Of a stretch of DNA of 63,474 nucleotides, positions 38,937 through 46,798 are shown in pieces; the stretch's first letter is position 1, and each line of letters begins with the position of its first letter. The stretch comes from a virus (lineage: Duplodnaviria > Caudoviricetes). Where the stretch lies: positions 1 through 63,474 of the IMG/VR virus record IMGVR_UViG_3300031754_000004; one strand, written 5' to 3'. Position numbers and translations under genes: made by a program. The notes beneath the pieces were generated by a model that worked only from the letters and a program-made list of their open reading frames with translations, was not told the DNA's origin and searched no databases.

Positions 38937-39247
38937 CCGAGATTTTCCCTACACTAGCGAAGGAACGCAAACAACATCCGGTGGCCTCCGGTGTGCTGGA
39001 CTACTTCCCGAACGCCATCGCGGCGCTCGCGCATGTTTCGTGGCTAGGCAATGAGCAACACAATCCCGGCCAGCCGTTGCATTGGAGCCGGGACAAATCA
39101 AACGACCACGCGGACTGTGCGATGCGCCATTTCTTACAGCGCGGGACGCTGGACTCCGACGGCGTGAGGCACACAGCCAAGCTTGCATGGCGCGCGCTGG
39201 CAATGCTGCAACTCGAAATTGAATCCGCACCTGTAAGTAAAGGTTAA
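38933..39247 (+). CDS. dATP/dGTP diphosphohydrolase-domain protein (DUF5664-like)
   Basis: FPNAIAALAHVS..GN..H...W...DCAMRH...HTAKLAWRALA. Confidence 0.8.
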   Translation: MTEIFPTLAKERKQHPVASGVLDYFPNAIAALAHVSWLGNEQHNPGQPLHWSRDKSNDHADCAMRHFLQRGTLDSDGVRHTAKLAWRALAMLQLEIESAPVSKG

Positions 39248-39249
39248 TT

Positions 39250-39522
39250 ATGCCCTATATCCCTCAAGAGAATCGAAAAAAGCTCGATGAAAAAATTATT
39301 CCTTTGTTTCGAGAAGTGGCTAATTCTCACCATCGCGGGGATGTTGGGGATGTGAATTATTGTATCTCGCAATTAATTTGGAGATTGTTTCAGGAAAACC
39401 CTACTTATCGAAGGGCTTGTGAACTCATGGGAACTTTGGAATGTGCCAAGGCTGAATTCTATCGGCGGGTGGTTGCTCCGTATGAGGATAAGAAAATAGA
39501 AGCAAACGGAGACTTACTATGA
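39250..39522 (+). CDS. Conserved phage protein (DUF6899-like)
   Basis: MPYI...GDVNY...GTLECAKAEFYRRVVAPYEDKKI..NGD. Confidence 0.75.
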   Translation: MPYIPQENRKKLDEKIIPLFREVANSHHRGDVGDVNYCISQLIWRLFQENPTYRRACELMGTLECAKAEFYRRVVAPYEDKKIEANGDLL

Positions 39523-39646
39523 ATCGTTTTCCGTCAGAATCATGGGAAAATTATCCGTCCGAGGAAGCGCGAGAGCTCCGTGAAGCTGCCGAAGAAGCCA
39601 AAGCAGACATCATCCGGGATGACGTATCCGTAAGAAAGGATTCAAT

Positions 39647-40189
39647 ATGACCTTAAAGCATGTTCTCATGTGGATTATCGCCGCGGAGTTTTTCACACTC
39701 TCGCTACAGGGCTGTCACGGGGAATACGCGTTGCCGTTGGCGTGGGATTCCGTAAACGGAGCCGACCACTACAATTTGTATTACGGCACGAATTCCGGTG
39801 TGTACGACCATGAGATAAGTTGCGCCACAACGAACGGCACTGTGTCGGGGCTGTTGGATGGGCAGGTCTATTTCTTCGCCGTGACAACCGTTGACCCGAA
39901 CGGACTGGAAAGTGAATTCTCGAAGGAGCTCGGATACGCTGCTCCGTACACGCCGAATGACGTATGGCTCACATGGAGCTCGCCGGCTACCTCGTTTGAC
40001 ATCTTCGAGACGCCTGACCTGACCCAGCCGTTTGTTCAAGTGGCAACTGTCACAGGCTCCGGCGGCAACTTCAGTTGGCCGATTGACCTTCAGACCACAT
40101 TTGTCCCAACGCCGGCCAATGGATTTTTCAAGGTACGCGTCACCGGCGGCGCATGGATTCATGTCAACATCATCGAGGTAAACCAATGA
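39647..40189 (+). CDS. Exported fibronectin type III domain protein
   Basis: Hydrophobic N-terminus; LAWD...YNLYYGTNSGVY...VSGL..G..YFFAVT..D..GLESEFS. Confidence 0.82.
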   Translation: MTLKHVLMWIIAAEFFTLSLQGCHGEYALPLAWDSVNGADHYNLYYGTNSGVYDHEISCATTNGTVSGLLDGQVYFFAVTTVDPNGLESEFSKELGYAAPYTPNDVWLTWSSPATSFDIFETPDLTQPFVQVATVTGSGGNFSWPIDLQTTFVPTPANGFFKVRVTGGAWIHVNIIEVNQ

Positions 40190-40353
40190 TACCGCTCGTC
40201 TTTATTTCAATCATCGCGCTGGGGCTGTTCATCGGCCGGTTCTGGCCTCCCCGGTGCCCGCATTGTGGCTCCTACATTCTCATCTCAATCAATGAGTACA
40301 AATCGGAGTGCGCGAATTGTAACCATCGGTTTGACCCTGAAAACCCCGAATGA
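40186..40353 (+). CDS. TM-anchored zinc-ribbon protein
   Basis: TM segment plus CPHC...CANC. Confidence 0.6.
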   Translation: MIPLVFISIIALGLFIGRFWPPRCPHCGSYILISINEYKSECANCNHRFDPENPE

Positions 40354-40541
40354 CTCCTACACCCGAACAAATCCGTGAGGCTCTCCGGGTGCTTTGTGTT
40401 TTGTACGATGAGAAAATCATGCCTGATACTTTCTCATTTATCGGAGGCCCTAATGTGCATTGGAATGGGAAAACGGGCGATTTTCGGGATTTGGTAGGAA
40501 CCATTCAAGGCATCCCGGATAAATCCCGTCGTCACCGATGA
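40350..40541 (+). CDS. Hypothetical protein
   Basis: ATGA overlaps on both sides. Confidence 0.55.
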   Translation: MTPTPEQIREALRVLCVLYDEKIMPDTFSFIGGPNVHWNGKTGDFRDLVGTIQGIPDKSRRHR

Positions 40542-41944
40542 TACCTTATGAGCATCAAGCGAAGTCCATCGCCCACTTGCTGTCTCTTTTCGGGCAAGCC
40601 CCGTGCGGTGCGGTGGATGCCTCTGACATGGGAACTGGTAAAACCCTCGTGGCCGTTGAAGTCGAACGTACGCTGGACTTGCCCACACTTGTTGTCTGTC
40701 CCCTCGCCGCTAAAGCTGGTTGGGAGCGTACTGCGCTTTCTCAGCAGGCCGAATTCGATGTAATCAATTATGAGATGCTCCGGACAGGCCGCACCGACTA
40801 TGGAACTTGGTTCACCCCCAAGTTTTGCCGAAAACCGCGTTTTCAATTTCACGACGGCGTTAGAACAGTTATCTTTGATGAAGCTCATCGCTGCATGGGA
40901 TTACAAACCAAGAACAGTGAGCTTATGCGAGCGGTGCGCCGGCAGGGATTGTACGGATTGGCCTTGTCCGCTACGCTTGCAGACACACCTATGGAGCTCG
41001 ATGCTTTGGGGTTTATGCTTGGACTACATGACAGTCACGAGCCCGCTACGCTCCGAGTGAAAGAGCCGCTCGACTTCTACACATGGGCCCGGCGCTACGG
41101 CTGCGGCAAAGGGATGTTTGAACCCTTCGAGTTTCTCGGAAGCAAAGCCGACAAGGCGAAGAACATGGCCCGACTCAATCGCGCGATTTTTCCGGCACAC
41201 GGCGTCCGTGTCCGAATCAAAGACCTTCCGTGGTTTCCCAAAACACAAATCACCGCTGAATTATATGAACTTGGCTCCGGCAAGCGCAGCTTGGACGAAC
41301 TATATGCACAGATGTCGGCAGCGCTTAATCGAGTGGATGAGCGTGACGCCGAATGCAAGCGCCGCCTCTTGGAGCGAGCCAAGAGAAATGGGTTTCAAGG
41401 CGATGAGTTGCCGGACGACCCGCTCACTACTTTCCTACGGGCGAGACAGAAAATCGAATTGTTGAAGGTGCCGGTGTTTCAGGAATTTACTGATGACGGG
41501 CTGGCGAACGGGATGAGCGTGATGCTGTTCTTAAATTTCAAGGAAAGCATTGTCGAGCTCAAAAAGATTTTCCCCACGGCCTCGGTGATTTGGGGCGCGC
41601 AAACAGCGGTGGAGCGCGAGGACCAAAGGCTTCAATACCAGCGGGAGCAGACGCGCGTTATCCTATGTCAATCAGATGCCGGCGGCGTGGCGTTAGACCT
41701 GCCTGATGAGACAGGCCGGTTCCCGCGCCTGTCCGGTATCAGTCCGGGATTCAACGCAAAATTGCTCCGGCAAATCTTCGGTCGGCCCTGCCGTTTGAGT
41801 TCCAAAACCAAGAGTTTACAGCGTGTAATTTTCGCCGCGGGAACAGAGGAAGAACCTATCCATAACCGACTTGCGATGAAATTGGATAACCTAGATTCGC
41901 TACAGGACGGCGACCTGCTCCCGAACAATTTGAGATTCAGTTGA
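40538..41944 (+). CDS. SF2 (SNF2-like) helicase
   Basis: DMGTGKT, DEAH, LSAT, QIFGR..R. Confidence 0.92.
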   Translation: MIPYEHQAKSIAHLLSLFGQAPCGAVDASDMGTGKTLVAVEVERTLDLPTLVVCPLAAKAGWERTALSQQAEFDVINYEMLRTGRTDYGTWFTPKFCRKPRFQFHDGVRTVIFDEAHRCMGLQTKNSELMRAVRRQGLYGLALSATLADTPMELDALGFMLGLHDSHEPATLRVKEPLDFYTWARRYGCGKGMFEPFEFLGSKADKAKNMARLNRAIFPAHGVRVRIKDLPWFPKTQITAELYELGSGKRSLDELYAQMSAALNRVDERDAECKRRLLERAKRNGFQGDELPDDPLTTFLRARQKIELLKVPVFQEFTDDGLANGMSVMLFLNFKESIVELKKIFPTASVIWGAQTAVEREDQRLQYQREQTRVILCQSDAGGVALDLPDETGRFPRLSGISPGFNAKLLRQIFGRPCRLSSKTKSLQRVIFAAGTEEEPIHNRLAMKLDNLDSLQDGDLLPNNLRFS

Positions 41945-41969
41945 CAAAACGACCCTGAGCAATCACAAT
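41941..41969 (+). promoter_or_regulatory. Sigma70-like promoter
   Basis: TTGACA-17 nt-CACAAT. Confidence 0.6.
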
Positions 41970-41980
41970 CCCTTTACCCT

Positions 41981-43147
41981 ATGGCCGAGCGCTTTCACCA
42001 CCCCTTTTCCCCGTCCAAACTTCAGCCGCTCGAAGTGTCTCCGTTGTACGAGGGCGAGACGGGGGATACTGAGGCTTCGACCGCCGGCACCAAGCAACAT
42101 GACTTCGCCGAGCGTGACGTAATTGATATTGACGACCCGGCGTTGCTCGACTCGGAGATGGCCGCCGTCCTATCGTGCCGGGTCTACCGGGATAAAGTTT
42201 TGCAGAATTACGCAGAGCCGCCCACCATTCTCAAGGAAGAATATCTGCCCATTGACGACGAGGTAATCATAGGCCCCGGTGAACACGGCCCGGAAACCCG
42301 TTGGGCCGGGACTACTGCTGGGTACGCCGATTTGTGCATTATTTCAAAATGCGTGACCTTTGCGGATATTCTGGATTGGAAATTCGGCCTTTGGTCGGTG
42401 GAGCCAACTGAGAATAATCTACAGGGTATCGCGTATCTCTTGGGCCTATTCTTTCGTTACCCGACACTGAATAAAATCACTGTTCACTTCGTCCTTCCGC
42501 ATCGGGACGAGATTGACCATCACACATTCCATCGGGAACAGTTTCAAGCCCTTTATCTCCGGGTCAAGTCGGTCGTTGCCCGTGCTGTGGAGGCTCGGAC
42601 AATGCTCCGGGAACGGAAGATGGAGAATTGCCGGGTGACAACCGCCTCCTGCCTGTGGTGCGCGCGTAAGGGTCGCTGTGAGACTCTCGCCGGGCTGGTG
42701 TTGAAGGTCGGTAAGAAATACTCGCCAGTCGCAATCCCGGACGACCTGACGCCTTCGGCCATACATGATGCGGCGAGTTCGACTCAACTCATGGAGCTAT
42801 CAACTCTGATGGAGGCATGGAGCAAAGCAGTAAAGAAACAGATTTGCGAATACGCGATTGACAACACCGATTGGATGCCGGAGCAATACAAACTCGTGGA
42901 ACGCTCGGACACGAAAATTCTGGATTACAAAGCGGTTGAAAAATCGGCACTAGCTTGTGGCGTCAGTCAGGAACAGCTTGACGCCATGAAGAAAATCCCG
43001 ATGACTGAGTTGCACAAGGTCATCATGGATTTACAACCGCGCGGCGAGAAAGAGGCTGCTGTGACCGCGTTCAAGGAAGATTTGCTTGCATCTGGCGCGT
43101 CAGAGAAAGAGCCAGCGATTTACTTTTTACAACGATTGAAAACCTGA
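41981..43147 (+). CDS. PD-(D/E)xK Cas4-like exonuclease (DUF2800-like)
   Basis: FSPSKL, GT..H, GYAD, DWKFG, NLQGIAY, CLWC....RC. Confidence 0.85.
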   Translation: MAERFHHPFSPSKLQPLEVSPLYEGETGDTEASTAGTKQHDFAERDVIDIDDPALLDSEMAAVLSCRVYRDKVLQNYAEPPTILKEEYLPIDDEVIIGPGEHGPETRWAGTTAGYADLCIISKCVTFADILDWKFGLWSVEPTENNLQGIAYLLGLFFRYPTLNKITVHFVLPHRDEIDHHTFHREQFQALYLRVKSVVARAVEARTMLRERKMENCRVTTASCLWCARKGRCETLAGLVLKVGKKYSPVAIPDDLTPSAIHDAASSTQLMELSTLMEAWSKAVKKQICEYAIDNTDWMPEQYKLVERSDTKILDYKAVEKSALACGVSQEQLDAMKKIPMTELHKVIMDLQPRGEKEAAVTAFKEDLLASGASEKEPAIYFLQRLKT

Positions 43148-43152
43148 TTTAT

Positions 43153-43208
43153 GGGGGCGAAAGCGTAACAATTTCTAGGCCATTAGTAAGTCCTAGACGC
43201 CCCCACCA
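43153..43208 (+). ncRNA. 56-nt tRNA-like minihelix (acceptor stem plus one arm plus ACCA)
   Basis: GGGGGCG/CGCCCCC-A-CCA with a contiguous TCTAGG/CCTAGA hairpin, in an intergenic gap. Confidence 0.55.
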
Positions 43209-43288
43209 ATTTCCGACGGCTCAACGTGTGCGTCGCCGGGAACTTAACCAAAGCACACAGCAACTAGAAATACAACACATGAAATCAA

Positions 43289-44188
43289 ATGGCTAAAATC
43301 TCATTTCAAAAAGCAACTGCATCGGCTCCGGCGACAGCGCCGGTAGCTGCGGCAAATCCGGCTCCCGCTCCGGCGTTACAGGAGCAGATTCCCTCCCCGG
43401 CGACCCCGCCGGCGGGCGCTGCGGCCCCTCCCGAACCAACCCTCGTAAAGACCGAGCTCGTCGGCGACGCCGGGGAACAACTCGCAGTCGAGAAATACGC
43501 CGACGCTCCTCCGCCGGCTTTTTACGACGGCGAAGCCGAGGAAGGATTCGATGAAGGCGATATGGTTCTCCCGCGTCTGGTAATTGTCCAGAACGTCGGC
43601 GACCTGTCCCAAGTCTATCCTCGCGGCTCAATCGTCCTTGGCGGCCAACTGGTGCTCGCTGAAGGCGGCAAGGAAACCAATCCGAGCGCTTCGGTGCGTA
43701 TCATTGTGCTCGGTATGCAACCGACTGCGTATGCGGAGAAACTGCCCGGCGGTGCCCGTGGCAACTACTTCCGTACACAGGAGGAAGTCACCAAGGTCAA
43801 TGGGACTTTGGATTGGAACGAGTCCCAAAAGACCGGCAAACAACTCTATCAGCGAACCACGATAGCGTGGATTGCGATTGAGCAGCCCGGCACCCTCGAC
43901 CCGTCCGCGTTCCCCTACGCGATTGACGGCAAAAACTATGCACTGGCCCTCTACACTATGAAGGGCGTTGCATACACCAATGCGGCCCGTCACTTCAAGA
44001 CGGCCCGCAAGATGGGTCATCTCCGCGATGAGCCCACCATGAAACGCGGTTATCGGCACGGCATTTGGACTCTCCAAAGCCAGCTTCGCAAATACGGAAG
44101 CAACTTTGCTTACGCACCCATTGTGAAGGCTGCCGGCCCGACAACGGAAGTATTCCGCGACCAAGTGGCCGCGGTAACGAACACCTAG
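43289..44188 (+). CDS. Putative ssDNA-binding protein
   Basis: Between nuclease and polymerase; Ala/Pro-rich N-terminus; D..LPRL.IVQ motif. Confidence 0.55.
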   Translation: MAKISFQKATASAPATAPVAAANPAPAPALQEQIPSPATPPAGAAAPPEPTLVKTELVGDAGEQLAVEKYADAPPPAFYDGEAEEGFDEGDMVLPRLVIVQNVGDLSQVYPRGSIVLGGQLVLAEGGKETNPSASVRIIVLGMQPTAYAEKLPGGARGNYFRTQEEVTKVNGTLDWNESQKTGKQLYQRTTIAWIAIEQPGTLDPSAFPYAIDGKNYALALYTMKGVAYTNAARHFKTARKMGHLRDEPTMKRGYRHGIWTLQSQLRKYGSNFAYAPIVKAAGPTTEVFRDQVAAVTNT

Positions 44189-44205
44189 CCTCGCGGCTAG
44201 TATCT

Positions 44206-44240
44206 GCGGGGAATGGGAGAAAAAATCTTCCATTCCCCGC
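44206..44240 (+). terminator. 15-bp hairpin (terminator-like) after the SSB-like gene
   Basis: GCGGGGAATGGGAGA-AAAAA-TCTTCCATTCCCCGC; U tract is weak. Confidence 0.6.
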
Positions 44241-44268
44241 TTGACAGGTATAAATTTTGTGGTAAATT
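44241..44268 (+). promoter_or_regulatory. Sigma70-like promoter (leaderless spacing)
   Basis: TTGACA-16 nt-TAAATT with TGn extension; ATG at 44275. Confidence 0.7.
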
Positions 44269-44274
44269 GGCGTT

Positions 44275-44484
44275 ATGAAAATAACTAAATTGAAAAAATC
44301 CCGAACATTAACGGTTATTCCGTCTCGACAATTCGCTCATTTAACTATTTACCAATCGCATGATTTCTTTGGACGTTCCTTTGGTGAACTTCTCTATGTC
44401 GCCATTGCAACCGACGGTACGGCGTGGACGCACCCTGCGGGCCCCGGTAACTGGTCACAAGTGCATCCCCTTCCCCAACCATGA
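44275..44484 (+). CDS. Hypothetical protein
   Basis: ATG directly after the promoter. Confidence 0.6.
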   Translation: MKITKLKKSRTLTVIPSRQFAHLTIYQSHDFFGRSFGELLYVAIATDGTAWTHPAGPGNWSQVHPLPQP

Positions 44485-44653
44485 ACATTGTTGTTAAACG
44501 CGGATACGAAAACCGTGACCCGTTCGCCACGAGTGACCGCGACCCGATTGGCCGCGCCGCCGGCAAAGGCGACCGGAACCGAAGTGCCTCGGAGAAATTC
44601 CGGGCGAACTACGCGAAAATTAACTGGCATCGAATTCATAAAGGACGGCGCAA

Positions 44654-44938
44654 ATGAGCAATTCAAATCCTGAACAGGCCCCCGTTTTAGTTTCAGAACG
44701 TATTATACGATATGACCAACTTGCACGCCTTACCCAAATCTGGACACTTAATAAACGACTATCATCAGCGCTGACCGTCGCCCTTGTTGAGAGAGTGCTT
44801 ACAGGGCCCGCTCCGACCGCCGAGGAGACTATCTTTGTGCTGGAACTCCTAGAGCGAATCGAGAGAGTTGCCGCCACATCCCTCCCCCGATTTTTTCGGG
44901 AAAATTCTTTGGAAAGCTGGATTGCTGAATTTGTATGA
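44654..44938 (+). CDS. Hypothetical protein
   Basis: Stop overlaps the polymerase ATG. Confidence 0.55.
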   Translation: MSNSNPEQAPVLVSERIIRYDQLARLTQIWTLNKRLSSALTVALVERVLTGPAPTAEETIFVLELLERIERVAATSLPRFFRENSLESWIAEFV

Positions 44939-46797
44939 GGGTTGTCGCTCTTGATTTTGAAACTTTTTTTCACAAAAAAGAGTACAGCGTCTCCAAGATG
45001 GGGAACTGGCGTTACGTTCACGACGACCAGTTTGACCCATACCTGCTGACCGCCTACGATGGCGCTGAGTCATGGGCGGGCCGGCCAGAGGACTTCAACT
45101 GGGCCTCGGTCGAAGGCGACTTGTGCATAGCGCACAACGCCGGGTTCGACAAATCGGTGACGGAGGGCCTCGTCGAGCTTGGTCGCGCGCCGGAATTTGT
45201 TGTCCAGCAACCGTGGCAATGCACCGCGAATATGTGCGCCTTTTTGGCTGACGTTCGGTCGTTACGCGACTCCATCAAGGTATTGGAAAAGCGAAATATC
45301 TCGAAGGCAATCCGGGATGACATGAGTGGCGTGCAATGGAAAGACCTGAATGCTACGGAGCAAACGGCCATGAAGGAGTACGCCGTTCGGGACGCCATCG
45401 AATGTCACAGTCTGTGGACGAAGTATTCCGATAGATGGCCAGAGTTTGAGCGAAACTTGTCCTCGCTCACGATGAAGCAATGCCGACGTGGGGTACGAAT
45501 AAATGTGCCGTTGCTCCGGGAATATATCGAGCTTCTTGGTAGCGTCATCTTTGAATTGGAACGGTCGTTACCGTGGACGGCCCGCGGTGCGAAGCCGACC
45601 AGTCCCATTGCCATCGCCGAGGAATGCGCCACGGTCGGCATCCCCGCGCCGCCGGTTAAAGAGGATGACGAGGAGGGATTCGATTTGTGGGAATCCACTT
45701 ACGGCCCTAAATTTGCTTGGGTGTATGCCGCCGGCCAATGGCGCAGCCTTCGCAAACTCCTCTCCAAATTTCAGACCATTGAGGACAGACTCCGACCCGA
45801 TGACACGATTGATTTTTCTCTGCTCTATTTCGGCGCTCATACCGGACGATGGAGCGGTGGCGGCTCCGGCTTGAACTTTCAAAACTTTCGTAAGGTGCCA
45901 TTATTCTTGAACAAAAAGCTTCAGGTCATAAAGCCGCCGACCGGATTGAGCGCCAAATTGCTTGCCGCATGGAAAGCCGAATACGTTTTCAAATCTATTG
46001 ACGAACGCGCGCTAATTATCCCTCGCGCCGGCAAAAAATTTATTCTGGCTGACCTATCTCAAATCGAACCGCGCGTCCTCGCGTGGTTGACCGGCAATGT
46101 GGAACTGCTCAAGATGCTCAAGACCATGAGTATCTATGAAGCTTTCGCCCGGCAGAATATGGGCTGGCGTGGTGGCGTCCTGAAAAAAGAGGACGCTGAC
46201 AAATACCAAATGTCGAAAATTCAGGTGCTCGGTCTTGGTTTTGGCTGTGGCTGGGAAAAGTTCATCAAAATTGCCGCCGGGTATGATGTGGCCCTGACGC
46301 CGACCGAGAGCCAGCTTATCGTCTCAGGCTTCCGGGAAACCAATCCGCGCATCACCCGATTTTGGGCCACGTTGGATAATGCGTACCGCAAGTCCACCAA
46401 GAGTGATTTTCGCATCGGCTTGCCGTCCGGCAGGGAATTGATTTACCACGATGTCCGGGCGGAAATTCGGCAGAAAAAGAATCGGACTACCGGCCAGTTT
46501 GAATCCAAACAGGTCATCACGTCGGAAGTCGCGTTGCGCCGGAAAGAGCTCTATGGCGGACTGCTTGCTGAGAACGTGACTCAAGCCGCGGCGCGCGATG
46601 TATTTGGGGAGCACATGCTGACCTTGGAAGAACAAACCGGCGACGTTCTTTTTCATGTCCACGACGAGGCCCTGATGGAGACGGAGCTCGAGGTTACGAC
46701 GCAAGATGTGGAAGCCGTCATGTCGGTGACACCGGATTGGATTGAGGGCCTGCCATGCGCTGCTGAGGCCCTAGAAGTCCCGCATTACACCAAATAA
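44935..46797 (+). CDS. polA: DNA polymerase family A with 3'-5' exonuclease
   Basis: LDFET, AHNAGFD, YAVRD, HTGRWSG, ADLSQIEPR, K...LGLGFG, ENVTQAAARD, HVHDE. Confidence 0.95.
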   Translation: MRVVALDFETFFHKKEYSVSKMGNWRYVHDDQFDPYLLTAYDGAESWAGRPEDFNWASVEGDLCIAHNAGFDKSVTEGLVELGRAPEFVVQQPWQCTANMCAFLADVRSLRDSIKVLEKRNISKAIRDDMSGVQWKDLNATEQTAMKEYAVRDAIECHSLWTKYSDRWPEFERNLSSLTMKQCRRGVRINVPLLREYIELLGSVIFELERSLPWTARGAKPTSPIAIAEECATVGIPAPPVKEDDEEGFDLWESTYGPKFAWVYAAGQWRSLRKLLSKFQTIEDRLRPDDTIDFSLLYFGAHTGRWSGGGSGLNFQNFRKVPLFLNKKLQVIKPPTGLSAKLLAAWKAEYVFKSIDERALIIPRAGKKFILADLSQIEPRVLAWLTGNVELLKMLKTMSIYEAFARQNMGWRGGVLKKEDADKYQMSKIQVLGLGFGCGWEKFIKIAAGYDVALTPTESQLIVSGFRETNPRITRFWATLDNAYRKSTKSDFRIGLPSGRELIYHDVRAEIRQKKNRTTGQFESKQVITSEVALRRKELYGGLLAENVTQAAARDVFGEHMLTLEEQTGDVLFHVHDEALMETELEVTTQDVEAVMSVTPDWIEGLPCAAEALEVPHYTK

Positions 46798-46798
46798 T

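Noticed and set aside
38933-39247. Z-genome (2-aminoadenine) pathway
   Set aside because: No PurZ or HD-family dATPase gene is visible.
41981-43147. Cas4-like gene as part of a CRISPR-Cas system
   Set aside because: No other cas genes or array; it is a standard phage replication-module nuclease.
43153-43208. tmRNA gene or tRNA-derived attP
   Set aside because: Too short, lacks G3-U70, tag ORF and TTCRA loop, and is far from the recombinase. Kept only as a tRNA-like element.
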